A DNA stretch of 32,605 bases from Verrucomicrobiaceae bacterium (GCA_027483005.1 JAIXVN010000325.1:1-32605); one strand, 5' to 3'; shown: positions 15,561-25,775, numbered from the stretch's first letter. Notes: generated by a model from the sequence alone, not told the origin. Numbers and translations are program-made.

Positions 15561-17372
15561 ATGCAACGACTATTGATTCGCGGGCTGCTCAGCGTCGTTC
15601 TGGCGATGCCTTTTGCTTCTGCATCCGGGCCCTTCCTGCGACCGGGCGAGGGACCTGTTCCGTTCCGCCGTGACCGCTTGCCTTTGGATGTCGACACGAT
15701 GACGGGCTTGTCTCGTCACATGTTGCTGATAGCCAAAACATTAGGATTGGAAAGTGCCGCTGCTCGCCATGCCTCCGCCCAATCGCTCGCGTTGGCGATT
15801 GCTCTCGACCCTGCCAATCGCGAGGCACGCGAGTTGTTGATCGGGTTCTCGCAGGATCGCCCGTCTCCAGTTCCCGATGCGACCGAGATCGAATCCGCGA
15901 AGGCGAGGATCTGGCAGATCGTTTCCTGGTTGGAAAACTCAGAGGCAGGAGTCGATGGACAGGCATTAGGCCTGTGCCTGAGCGACGCGATGACCAGTGC
16001 GGATCCCTCGCATCCCAAATCCGAGGCTCATCGAGGCAAGGGAGACTCCGGCGAATGGACCGGCTGGGTGCCGGCCTTGGCGTCTTATGAGGAGAAGGCG
16101 ATCACCAAGGTTCCTGATCAAACCACTCCGGAGGAGCCAGCCCTCCCCACGGAGACACAGGAAGCGGGAATCGTGAGGTCGGCCGCAGCGGTTTCGACGC
16201 CCCTCTGGACCTACGACAAGGATTCGGAGAAACTCATCCTCAAGCCGATGGTGATTTCGATGAAGGCATGGATCGAGTCACAAGAGAAGGATCAGCGTCC
16301 CTTTGGGCTCAAACTCGAGAACACTGAAGGCGGAGAATTTCTTCATCAGACCGGAAATGGAGTCATTGAGGCCTTGAAGACGATCGACGACGACCTTCCA
16401 AAGGGTGGAATGGTTTCCCTGACGATCGGAAAAGGCGAGGACTACCTTGTCTCGAGAAACCGCCAGACCCTCTCCGCCGCGACTGCGGTCCTTGTTGACT
16501 CGGCGGTGTCCGATCGTGAACCGAAAGCCACGGTCATGGGGATTGTGCAGCCGGATGGTTCTTTGAAAATGCCGACCCGTGCTTGGGACAAGTTGCGTTC
16601 ACTCTCGAGTGGACCTGGGGGGCGCCTGGTCTTGCCGAGAGAGGCCGAGGCTCTCCTCCCGTCTGTCCTCGCGATCGAGGATCCAGCATTTTTCATGAAA
16701 TATGAAGTGGTCCTGGCCGACAATCTGAAGGAGTTGGTCGAGTATTCGGCAAAGGGTGGCTCCGGAGAACTAGCGGAGGCTTCGGTCAGGTTTGCGGAAA
16801 TTCGCGACAAGATGGGCAGCAATGCGGTCACGCAATATGTCGCCAACCGTTATGTTCGCCAGCGTCTTGGTGAGATCGCCCAGGCATGTCCGGACCACCT
16901 TTCCGCCCGCATGCTTTTCATTCAGGGTGGCGGTGAACGTCCCAGCCGCTTGCCCAAGCAGATTCTTGCTTCTGAAATCCGGCGGGCCCTGGAGCCGATG
17001 ACGGAGCTTCCGTCCGATTGGAATGTTAACCTGGATGCCAACCTCATCGATGCGACTCACGAAAAATGTCGGGCCCTTCTCGATCCCTTGGAGCGCTACG
17101 TTGACATCCGCGACAGGGATTTCTACAGCCATGCCAAGGACCTGCTGACGACGGTCCGGACCTTGGGGCGAGTCAAACGAACGGCCCGGGACAGTTTTGA
17201 GAATGGAAACACCAACCGCAAGGCCGCCGAGGAAGCCTTCGGCATTGTCAAAGCGAGTTATGCGAACCTGCGGGCGGAACTCGCTGAGGCTGCAAATGAT
17301 GACGAGCCCGAGGAGCTTCAGAAGGCCGGCGGCCGGGATCGCTTTCCGGGCGGTCCAAGGCCACCGAGATAG
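15561..17372 (+). CDS. Exported protein with a degenerate Lon (S16) protease-like domain
   Basis: Signal peptide MQRLLIRGLLSVVLAMPFASA; central segment resembles Lon_C by manual alignment. Confidence 0.65.
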   Translation: MQRLLIRGLLSVVLAMPFASASGPFLRPGEGPVPFRRDRLPLDVDTMTGLSRHMLLIAKTLGLESAAARHASAQSLALAIALDPANREARELLIGFSQDRPSPVPDATEIESAKARIWQIVSWLENSEAGVDGQALGLCLSDAMTSADPSHPKSEAHRGKGDSGEWTGWVPALASYEEKAITKVPDQTTPEEPALPTETQEAGIVRSAAAVSTPLWTYDKDSEKLILKPMVISMKAWIESQEKDQRPFGLKLENTEGGEFLHQTGNGVIEALKTIDDDLPKGGMVSLTIGKGEDYLVSRNRQTLSAATAVLVDSAVSDREPKATVMGIVQPDGSLKMPTRAWDKLRSLSSGPGGRLVLPREAEALLPSVLAIEDPAFFMKYEVVLADNLKELVEYSAKGGSGELAEASVRFAEIRDKMGSNAVTQYVANRYVRQRLGEIAQACPDHLSARMLFIQGGGERPSRLPKQILASEIRRALEPMTELPSDWNVNLDANLIDATHEKCRALLDPLERYVDIRDRDFYSHAKDLLTTVRTLGRVKRTARDSFENGNTNRKAAEEAFGIVKASYANLRAELAEAANDDEPEELQKAGGRDRFPGGPRPPR

Positions 17373-17420
17373 CCGCTGGGGGCCGTCGCATTCCCCAAGG
17401 TTGAGTCGGTTGCCATGCCA

Positions 17421-17436
17421 TGGCATCCAGCTTGCT
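17421..17436 (+). promoter_or_regulatory. Putative sigma54 promoter of htrA
   Basis: TGGCATCCAGCTTGCT = TGGCAY-N5-TTGCW, ending 65 nt before the ATG at 17502. Confidence 0.6.
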
Positions 17437-17501
17437 CTCGTTTGCCCTTGCCAAACGGCCTCCCCAATCTGCCACAGTGAGGCCGTTCTTCCTACCCCAT
17501 C

Positions 17502-19031
17502 ATGAATCCAGGATTCCGCCGGTTGCTCGCCTTGCTTGCAGTGTTTGCGACCGCGTTTATTGCCGTGTCGGCGCTGAAGAACTGGCGCTCCGGAGGCTCC
17601 TGGAAAGATCTTTTCGGGCCTAAAGTTCCCAAAGATGGAGCCTTCAGGCCGGAGAAGTTCACTCTTGCCGAAAACGCTCCACTGGATCCCGACGATGTGG
17701 AACTCCTTTCCCGACTCAACGGCGAATACGCCCGTCTGATGAAGGCGGTGGTGCCATCGGTGGTGAGCATCGACACGGCGGGTGTCCGAACCGAGCGGCT
17801 GATGGATGCTCTGGGCCGTTCCCGAATCCGCAAATACCCCACTCAGGAGCAGGGCTCCGGGGTGATCGTCAGCCACGAAGGCCACATCGTCACGAATCAT
17901 CATGTCATCGCCGGTCAGCAACAGATCCAGGTGACCCTTCACGATGGCAAGACCTATCCGGCAGTGTTGATTGGCGAGGACACCTTGCTGGACATCGCGG
18001 TCCTGAAGATCGAGGTCGGTGGAAGTGTCCAGCCCCTGAAGTTCGGTGATTCATCCACGGCGGAGGTCGGCCAGCTGGTCTTCGCCGTCGGGAACCCATT
18101 CGGGCTTGGTGAAACCGTCACCCAGGGAATCATCTCCGCCAAGGAGAGATCGCTCTCCGACAACCAACGCGACCTCTTTCAGACGGATGCGGCGATCAAT
18201 CCCGGAAACTCCGGAGGCCCCCTCGTCAACCTGCGTGGGGAGATCATCGGCATCAATGCCGCCATCTACTCGCCGGACCGCGACAATCCAACCTTTCAGG
18301 GAGTGGGCTTTTCGATTCCGTCGAATGACGTCAAGGACGCGATTTCCCAAATCCTTGAGCGCGGTCGGCCGATCCGCGGGATTCTGGGAGTTCGGATGCA
18401 CGATCTCGATTCGGCGATCCGCTCGGCCATCGGCTATCAGAATGGAAATGGTGCGGTGATCCTCGGGGTCACGCCTGGTGAGCCCGCCGAGGCAGCTGGC
18501 CTGCAACCTTGGGATGTCATCCAGAGCTACAACAAGGAAGTGATCCGTGACATGTCCCAATTGATCACCCTCGTCCAGAGAACCCGCATCGGTCAGGAGG
18601 TCCCCCTCGTGATCTGGCGGAAAGGTGAGATCCTGAATCTGAAGGCTGTCATTGCCGAAGGCGGGGCATCCAAACCCACGACTGCTCCCAAAGCCGTTCA
18701 AGGCAAAACCCGCGATCCGGAGGTCGTGCTGCAGTCGCTTGGCATTGAAGTGCGGGACCTGACCGTGCAGGAACGCATGCGGGGAATCCGCGGTGTGGTG
18801 GTCACAAGGCTGGCTCCCAACGCGCTTGCCATGGACAAGGTCAAGCCAGGCGATCTGGTCTATGGGGTGAACGCATCACAGATCGGCAGCGCCAGCGAGT
18901 TTTTCCTGCACCTCGCCGCATCCGCCGCCGTCCAGGCAACCTCACTTCAGATCCTTCGTGATGGACTCGAACTGCGGGTGGACCTCCCGGCTCTGCCACG
19001 GCGGGAAGATGTTCCTCCGACCGGGCGCTGA
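17502..19031 (+). CDS. htrA: HtrA/DegP-family serine protease with PDZ domains
   Basis: N-terminal TM; VTNHHV, DIAVLK, QTDAAINPGNSGGPL; two PDZ-like regions. Confidence 0.92.
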   Translation: MNPGFRRLLALLAVFATAFIAVSALKNWRSGGSWKDLFGPKVPKDGAFRPEKFTLAENAPLDPDDVELLSRLNGEYARLMKAVVPSVVSIDTAGVRTERLMDALGRSRIRKYPTQEQGSGVIVSHEGHIVTNHHVIAGQQQIQVTLHDGKTYPAVLIGEDTLLDIAVLKIEVGGSVQPLKFGDSSTAEVGQLVFAVGNPFGLGETVTQGIISAKERSLSDNQRDLFQTDAAINPGNSGGPLVNLRGEIIGINAAIYSPDRDNPTFQGVGFSIPSNDVKDAISQILERGRPIRGILGVRMHDLDSAIRSAIGYQNGNGAVILGVTPGEPAEAAGLQPWDVIQSYNKEVIRDMSQLITLVQRTRIGQEVPLVIWRKGEILNLKAVIAEGGASKPTTAPKAVQGKTRDPEVVLQSLGIEVRDLTVQERMRGIRGVVVTRLAPNALAMDKVKPGDLVYGVNASQIGSASEFFLHLAASAAVQATSLQILRDGLELRVDLPALPRREDVPPTGR

Positions 19032-19124
19032 TCTACGAAATAATCGACCGCCAGTCCCCGTTCAAGGCAGGTTGCCAGAGCGCGGGCTTTCCGCTGCGCG
19101 GCTTTGCTGTATCGTTCGACCGAC

Positions 19125-20447
19125 ATGTTCAATTCACGACCCAAAATTGCCTTCATCTGCCTGTTGATCGCGTTGGTGATCTCAGGAGTGGTCGCCGTCA
19201 TTCTGAAATGGAATCGTCAACCCGGAATGGTCGCCGAAACGAACCCCAAGCCGGCTCCGCTCCAGCCACCCGCCGCGAAGCCGATCATCCCCACCCTCGA
19301 CAAACGGCCCACCGCAGGGGACCCCGAGACCCGGATGGATGACCTCGGACTCGGAGTGGGCACCGTCGATCCCGCGTCGCTGGTGGCCAGGATCGGCAAA
19401 GCCCTGGAGGCAGGGGATCTCGAGACGGCCACCAAATTGATCGGCAAGCAGGCCTTGGACGCCAGGTCAGAGGAACGACTCAGGGCGCTTGCAGGCATGA
19501 ATGGACTGAAGCTCCGCCAGCCTCCCGTCCGGGAAGTCGGTGAGCTTGAACTGAATTCCCTGACCCGATTCGCCCTCGAACTGGATGCCTCGGAGCCCGG
19601 ATGCGACCGCATTTTTCTCGACCTGCGCCGCAAGGATGGAAAGTGGAGCGTCGAAAAACTGACCCTCCCCCCCGCGCCGGGTGAAGCCATCCCTCGGGCG
19701 GTGCTGGTGGACGCCCTGGGAATCTCGGACGCCTTCCTGCAGGCGGTGCTCCATCAGAACTTCGAGTTGGCCAAGGAATTCGCCGACCATGCAACGGTCT
19801 CCGATGCGAAGATCGCCGGACTTTGCATCCTGTTCGAAGAGGGAAACTACCGGCTGCGCACGGAAAAACCCCTCCGAGCCCTGCTGAACCGGCCCGGGGC
19901 GGCTGGCTTTCTTGCCAACGTTGAAACCACCTCTGGCGAGGCAGCCGCTGAGTTCACCATGATGCTCCGTCAGCCACCTGGCGGGGGAAACTGGAGGATT
20001 TCCGAAGTCAATCTCGATACGCTCCTCGCCGACTACGCCAAGCGCTTTGCCGGCGGGGACATCTATTTCAGCCCGCTGGTGAAAAATCCCAAGGGCGGCG
20101 ATACCCTCGTGCTCTACTTCGACTTCGATCAGGATCAGCTCGGTGAGCGCACCCGTCGCCAACTCGACATCGTGGCCCAGATCCTCAAGACCGACGTGGG
20201 AAAGAAACTCACCCTGAGCGGCCACACCGATGCGCTCGGAGAGGCTTCCTACAACGAGCGCCTTTCGCTGCGTCGTGCCGCGGTGGTGAAGGAGTACCTC
20301 TCCAAGGCGGGCGTCGCCAAATCCCAGATCGTCACCGAGGCCAGGGGGATGAGCGAACCTCGCCGGCCCAACTTCACCGAATCCGGAGGAGACAATCCGG
20401 AAGGCCGCCGGGTGAACCGCCGCACGGAGATTTATCTCGACTTCTAA
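19125..20447 (+). CDS. Membrane-anchored OmpA-family peptidoglycan-binding protein
   Basis: N-terminal TM; YFDFDQ, GHTD, NERLSLRRA, NRRTEI. Confidence 0.88.
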   Translation: MFNSRPKIAFICLLIALVISGVVAVILKWNRQPGMVAETNPKPAPLQPPAAKPIIPTLDKRPTAGDPETRMDDLGLGVGTVDPASLVARIGKALEAGDLETATKLIGKQALDARSEERLRALAGMNGLKLRQPPVREVGELELNSLTRFALELDASEPGCDRIFLDLRRKDGKWSVEKLTLPPAPGEAIPRAVLVDALGISDAFLQAVLHQNFELAKEFADHATVSDAKIAGLCILFEEGNYRLRTEKPLRALLNRPGAAGFLANVETTSGEAAAEFTMMLRQPPGGGNWRISEVNLDTLLADYAKRFAGGDIYFSPLVKNPKGGDTLVLYFDFDQDQLGERTRRQLDIVAQILKTDVGKKLTLSGHTDALGEASYNERLSLRRAAVVKEYLSKAGVAKSQIVTEARGMSEPRRPNFTESGGDNPEGRRVNRRTEIYLDF

Positions 20448-20451
20448 CACG

Positions 20452-21180
20452 ATGGCAAAGCGCTTCCAATGGTTCAACTTGCGGCGAGATATCATTCCGA
20501 TGCTGCTCGTTGCCGGATTGATCGTTCTCTTTACGACCCGTTCGAAGCATTCCCGGCTCGACACCGCGCTCTTCCTTCCGGCCGACGGTTCCGCTGATCC
20601 GCGCTTTCATTTCCTGAGCCCGTGGCAACTGGCGATCACCCCCAACGCGGTCCGGTTTGAATCCCCCATGGGCTCGGCCGATGGTGCCTTGGTTTACAAC
20701 GCCCAGAAATTCTGGGAAATGAACGAGGCCCGCCATGGCCATCACACCGGGGACGACCTGAACGGCATCGGCGGAATGAACACCGATCTCGGAGACCCGG
20801 TGTTCGCCACGGCGGATGGGCTCGTGGTCCATGCGGGGCTGCCCTCGCCCGGTTGGGGAAATGTGGTCATCATCAGCCATCGCACCACGAAGGGCGAGAT
20901 CCTCCAGTCGATGTATGCCCACCTGCTGGATTTCAATGTCAAACCCGGTGACCTCGTCTCCCGTGGCCAGAGAATCGGCTCCGTCGGAACCGCAAACGGA
21001 TCCTATCCGGCGCATCTCCATTTTGAAATGCGTGCCAGCGATGGTGTCGATCTCGGAGCGGGCTATGCGGCGAATCCCCTCAACCACCTCGATCCGATGA
21101 AAACGGTGACCGAGCTCCGCAACGCCGCGCTGGATGCACCATCACCCGCACCGCTGGCAATGATCCTGAAGGAAAACTAG
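20452..21180 (+). CDS. M23 family metallopeptidase
   Basis: HTGDD (HxxxD), GWGNVVII, YAHL, HLHFE. Confidence 0.9.
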   Translation: MAKRFQWFNLRRDIIPMLLVAGLIVLFTTRSKHSRLDTALFLPADGSADPRFHFLSPWQLAITPNAVRFESPMGSADGALVYNAQKFWEMNEARHGHHTGDDLNGIGGMNTDLGDPVFATADGLVVHAGLPSPGWGNVVIISHRTTKGEILQSMYAHLLDFNVKPGDLVSRGQRIGSVGTANGSYPAHLHFEMRASDGVDLGAGYAANPLNHLDPMKTVTELRNAALDAPSPAPLAMILKEN

Positions 21181-21328
21181 GTGCTGCCAGGGAATCCGCG
21201 GCAAGCCCGGACAAACTACCGTTGCTCCGATCAAGGCCTGGCGGGGTTCGCCTGCCGAACCTCCACGGCCCCTGACAGCGGCGGAAGCAAACAACCTCCA
21301 CGCTGGGGATGCAACCCCGATTTCCGCC

Positions 21329-22330
21329 TCAGACGATCAGCATGCAGTCGCCATAGCTGTAGAAGCGATACCGCTCCTCCACCGCCTTGGCATAGGCCTC
21401 CAACACCAGCTCCCTACCGGCGAGGGCGCTCACCAGCATGATCAGCGTGCTTTCGGGCAAATGGAAATTGGTCAGCAGCCCGCCGACCACTCCGAACTGA
21501 TAGGGCGGATGAATGAAGATATCGGTTTCTCCCCGGTGCTCTTTCTCTTCAATCCTCAACTCACCATCCCCACTCTTCAACTTCGCGAGGGCTTCCAGCA
21601 CCCGGGTCACCGTCGTCCCCACGGCCACCACCCGTCCGGCCGAATTGATGCGCTGGGCCGTGGCCTTCGGGAGAACATAGCGCTCGGAGTGCATGACATG
21701 TTCCTCCACCCGCTCCACCTGAACCGGTCGGAACGTTCCCACACCCACATGCAAGGTCAGGAAATCATGAGGCAGCCTTTCCAGCAGCTCCGGCGTGAAA
21801 TGCAGACCGGCCGTCGGAGCTGCGATCGCGCCCTCCTCCTTGGCAAACACCGTTTGGTATCGCTCGCGATCCGCCGGCTCGTCGTCACGACCCATGTAGT
21901 GAGGCAGGGCAAGGTGGCCATGCTTGTCGAGATCCACCGGTGCTTCCCAGCGGATCAGCCGATCGCCATTGTCGAAAACTTCTACGACAGTTCCAGTAAT
22001 TCCCCCAACCACCACACTGCGCCCAGGCTTCATCCTCTTCCCCGGCCGCACCAGGCAACGCCAGTCAAGCGCGGAGAGACGATCCAGGCACAGCAGCTCG
22101 ATCGACCCGTCGTCGGAGAACAACCGGGCCGGAATCACGCGGGTGTTGTTCAGAACCAGCAGATCATCGGGCCGCATGAAGGTCTCGAAATCCTTGAAGG
22201 TCCGGTGCTCAATGACTCCCGTTTCCCGATGAATCACCATCATCCGCGAGGCCGAGCGCTCTTCCAGCGGTCGGGACGCGATCAGTTCCGGCGGCAGGTG
22301 GTAGGCGAAATCCTTGGTCAGTAGTGCCAT
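21329..22330 (-). CDS. queA: S-adenosylmethionine:tRNA ribosyltransferase-isomerase
   Basis: RYQTVFA, AAPTAGLHFT, LHVGVGTF, TNFHLPESTL, YRFYSYGD. Confidence 0.97.
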   Translation of the reverse strand: MALLTKDFAYHLPPELIASRPLEERSASRMMVIHRETGVIEHRTFKDFETFMRPDDLLVLNNTRVIPARLFSDDGSIELLCLDRLSALDWRCLVRPGKRMKPGRSVVVGGITGTVVEVFDNGDRLIRWEAPVDLDKHGHLALPHYMGRDDEPADRERYQTVFAKEEGAIAAPTAGLHFTPELLERLPHDFLTLHVGVGTFRPVQVERVEEHVMHSERYVLPKATAQRINSAGRVVAVGTTVTRVLEALAKLKSGDGELRIEEKEHRGETDIFIHPPYQFGVVGGLLTNFHLPESTLIMLVSALAGRELVLEAYAKAVEERYRFYSYGDCMLIV

Positions 22331-22341
22331 CGCCGCTTTCC

Positions 22342-24405
22342 CTAAATCCCTCCCAGCCTCTGCTCAAGTCCCGGCTTTGGCTTTCCCCAGATCCTCACCC
22401 TCGTCCGCCTGCCGGTTCCCGATCCCTGTTCGGTGGCAAGCAGAAGGCGGGTGCCATCACGCTCAACATCCCAGCGGTCATTCCCTCCTGAAGACTGCCA
22501 ACCCTCGGCGAGCAGATGCTCGAGGATATCCGCCCGCGTCCTGCCAGGCTCCGACCAGATCTCAAACTCGTGAATCGGCTCATCTTCAGCCGCGCAAGGC
22601 TGCGCCTGCGATGAGGAAGTGAATGTACGCCGCCGCTCCCACGATCTGACCCGCGGCTGCAACCACCTCACAAGCCCAAGAAGCATCCGCGAACCAGGTG
22701 AATCAAATCTCGGCTCGATTCCGCGCAAGGGCATCATGCCGGAGACCACCGATTGATAGCCGGCCATGCCCATCGGACCATGATAGATCACCGAACCCCC
22801 GGTCACACGCAGCGGCCCGCCATTGTAAACGAAGCCATTCCAGATCGCGTCACCACCTGGCGTGAAGCGCTGGGGATGCCTGTCCAACAGAAGTCTTTCC
22901 GCCGCCCCGTAACCCCGTTGCTGACGCAGGAAACTCCGCAGCGAGGGCCTCCGCCAATGCCAGACGAAGGCACCCGGCGCAAAGCCCAGCCGGAAGCCCG
23001 CCGTGCGCAGCCGCCAACAGAAATCCACATCATCGCCCGCCGTGTGGAAGATGGCATCGAATCCACCGATCTCCTCGAAGGCCGTCCTCGTCACCGCGAG
23101 ATTGCAGCCCGGAAGATGCTCGGCTTCCTCATCGTCCAGCATGACATGACTCGGCGCACCCGGTGCGGCGGACACGACGGCCTCCGCCAGGAAACGCGCC
23201 GGAGGCGGCAGGTTCGGTCCGCCGACGGCTTGGAAACGGCCATCCTCAAAGGCACGACGCAGCCGCGTCACCCACTCGAGGTCCGGCTCGCAGTCGTCAT
23301 CCGTGAACGCCAGAACCTCGCCGCTCGATGCAGCAGCCCCGGCGTTGCGGGCCACGCTCAAGCCCCCATGCGGCAGCCGGACCAGCTTCGCCCAGGGAAA
23401 CTCCTTTGCTACGAGATCCGCCGTGCCATCGACTGATCCATCATCGACGACGACTGTTTCGAAGCAGGAATCGGTCATCCTTTGCACCGCGCGGAGACAG
23501 TGGCCGATGCGATCCGCGCCGTTGCGGGTGCAGATGATGACGGAGAAGAGCACGTCGGGCTTCGACTCCTGAATGGCGGGCGTTGAAATGGCGCCCAGTG
23601 CAGGCTTCGGATCTCCCGCTCGGTCAACGAGCCCGAAGTCCCAATCCAGCACCTCCTTGCCTGCATTCTGCCATCGATCGCTCCAGGCATAGATCGTGAA
23701 ACCTGCGGCCTCTTCCACCCTTGCCGCACGCCCGGCCCAGACCAGCGACTCCGCCTGGGCGGAAGGCCCGTTGCGCCGGGAATCCAGCCCGAATTCGGAG
23801 ATCATCACCGGCCGATCCCCCGCGATGTGGTGCAGGCGACGCAGATAGCGACGAAACGCGGCTTCCTCCTCAAGATAAACATTGAAGGCCGTGAAATCCG
23901 CATTCCCGGGCTCCAGATACTCGGTGCTCGGATAGTTGCCGTAGGCGAAAAGGAGGTCGGGCGCGACGCTCCGGCCGAGGTCAATCAGCGATTCGATCGT
24001 TTCCCGGACCTTCACCGGTCCGATCCATCGCACCAGATCGGAAGGAATCTCGTTTCCCACATAGACGCCAGCGAGGGCCCGATGGTCTTTGAACGCTCTC
24101 AAGGCCGAGACCAGCGAAACCCGCGCCTCGCTGAGATGCCGGGGCTCGCGATCAAAGTCCATCCCACCCGCCCATTTCAAGCCACCGAAGACCCACAATC
24201 CGTGGATCAGGGCCGCATCGAGCAGGGCCATCGTCGGCATTTCATACAGCCGGAGCGCCCGGAAGCCCGCCGCCACGATCCTTGAGAAATCCTCCTCGAA
24301 CGAATCCGGCCAGCCGCCAGGAAAGGGACCATAGGTCACTGCCCGGAGATGGACACGATCCTCCCCGGCGCGGAAAAACTTTCCATCGGTCCGGAGGGCT
24401 TGCAT
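22342..24405 (-). CDS. Glycosyltransferase family 2 with N-terminal clan GH-A (GH2-like) TIM-barrel domain
   Basis: N-terminal VGNE and ISEFG; GT2 motifs VVVDDGS, GLSVARN, FTDDDC, GCNLA, GDDVD. Confidence 0.85.
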   Translation of the reverse strand: MQALRTDGKFFRAGEDRVHLRAVTYGPFPGGWPDSFEEDFSRIVAAGFRALRLYEMPTMALLDAALIHGLWVFGGLKWAGGMDFDREPRHLSEARVSLVSALRAFKDHRALAGVYVGNEIPSDLVRWIGPVKVRETIESLIDLGRSVAPDLLFAYGNYPSTEYLEPGNADFTAFNVYLEEEAAFRRYLRRLHHIAGDRPVMISEFGLDSRRNGPSAQAESLVWAGRAARVEEAAGFTIYAWSDRWQNAGKEVLDWDFGLVDRAGDPKPALGAISTPAIQESKPDVLFSVIICTRNGADRIGHCLRAVQRMTDSCFETVVVDDGSVDGTADLVAKEFPWAKLVRLPHGGLSVARNAGAAASSGEVLAFTDDDCEPDLEWVTRLRRAFEDGRFQAVGGPNLPPPARFLAEAVVSAAPGAPSHVMLDDEEAEHLPGCNLAVTRTAFEEIGGFDAIFHTAGDDVDFCWRLRTAGFRLGFAPGAFVWHWRRPSLRSFLRQQRGYGAAERLLLDRHPQRFTPGGDAIWNGFVYNGGPLRVTGGSVIYHGPMGMAGYQSVVSGMMPLRGIEPRFDSPGSRMLLGLVRWLQPRVRSWERRRTFTSSSQAQPCAAEDEPIHEFEIWSEPGRTRADILEHLLAEGWQSSGGNDRWDVERDGTRLLLATEQGSGTGRRTRVRIWGKPKPGLEQRLGGI

Positions 24406-24512
24406 CGGCGGAAAGGTAGGGTGGCGGAGGCCATCGGGGCAAACCTTCACTTTGCCACCGTCCCTCCGACAGAATCGTTTGATTCGTGAAGTTTCCGCGC
24501 GATAAGGAGCGC

Positions 24513-25775
24513 ATGCGACAGGAACTGCTGCAAAATCCGGTGTTCAACATGGCGGCCACCCAGTTTGACCGCGTGGCCGACTTTCTTGATCTCAATGACG
24601 AACTGCGCGAGCGCTGCAAATGGCCGAAACGCCTCATCAGCGTGACCGTTCCGGTGAAACTCGACTCCGGCGAGGTGAAGGTCTTCTTCGCCCACCGCGT
24701 GCAGCACCATCTCACCCGTGGTCCGGTGAAAGGCGGACTGCGATACCATCCAGCGGTCGATCTCGGGGAGGTCGCCGCGCTGGCGATGTGGATGAACTGG
24801 AAATGCGCCCTCATGGACCTGCCCTACGGCGGAGGAAAGGGCGGCATCGCCTGTGATCCGCGCAGCATGAGCAACGGCGAACTCGAGCGGATGACCCGGC
24901 GCTTCACCATGGAGATCCTGCCTTTCATCGGCCCGGAGATCGACGTGATGGCTCCCGACATGGGCACCAACGAGCAGACCATGGCCTGGATGGTGGACAC
25001 CTACTCGACCCATCAAGGCCACTTCGCGCCGTCCATCGTCACCGGAAAGCCACTCACGCTGCAAGGTTCCGCCGGCCGCACCCAGGCCACCGGTCACGGC
25101 GTCGCCTTCCTTGCCTCCAGCGCCCTGCACAAGCTGAACATCCGCGTTGAAGGAGCCACGGCGGTGGTTCAGGGATTTGGAAATGTCGGCTCCTACACCG
25201 CCAGCACCATGTCCAGTTATGGCATCAAGGTCTACGGCATCTCCGATGTGAATGGCGCCATCTGGAATGACAACGGCCTCCATGTTCACGAGTTGAAGGA
25301 ACATGTTGCAAAGACCGGCAGCATCATCGGCTTCAAGGACTCGGAAGCCATCGCACCGGATGAGTTGCTCTGCCAGCCTTGTGACATCCTCGCCCCCGCC
25401 GCTCTGGACCGCGTGATCACCGGAGAGAATGCCGGGAAACTGCGCTGCAAGATCCTCGCCGAAGGTGCCAACGGCCCGACCACGCCCGAGGCCGATGCCA
25501 TCCTCGACGCACGTGGCGATGTCTTCGTCATCCCCGACATCCTCTGCAACGCGGGCGGCGTCACCGTCTCCTATTTCGAATGGGTCCAGAACCTTCAGCG
25601 CTTCCAATGGACCGAGCGCGAGGTGCTCTCAAAACTTGAAACCATGCTTCAGAAGACCTTCGAGAAAGTCATCGCCTTCGCCGCGAAACACGGCGTCTCC
25701 CAACGCGTCGCCGCCCAGTCCATCGCCATCAAGACCGTCGCCGAGGCCAAGGCCCAACGCGGCATGTTCCCCTGA
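24513..25775 (+). CDS. gdhA: Glutamate dehydrogenase (Glu/Leu/Phe/Val family)
   Basis: KGGLRY, GGGKGG, APDMGT, QGFGNVG, EGANGP, GGVTVSYFEW; AAGGAG RBS upstream. Confidence 0.93.
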   Translation: MRQELLQNPVFNMAATQFDRVADFLDLNDELRERCKWPKRLISVTVPVKLDSGEVKVFFAHRVQHHLTRGPVKGGLRYHPAVDLGEVAALAMWMNWKCALMDLPYGGGKGGIACDPRSMSNGELERMTRRFTMEILPFIGPEIDVMAPDMGTNEQTMAWMVDTYSTHQGHFAPSIVTGKPLTLQGSAGRTQATGHGVAFLASSALHKLNIRVEGATAVVQGFGNVGSYTASTMSSYGIKVYGISDVNGAIWNDNGLHVHELKEHVAKTGSIIGFKDSEAIAPDELLCQPCDILAPAALDRVITGENAGKLRCKILAEGANGPTTPEADAILDARGDVFVIPDILCNAGGVTVSYFEWVQNLQRFQWTEREVLSKLETMLQKTFEKVIAFAAKHGVSQRVAAQSIAIKTVAEAKAQRGMFP

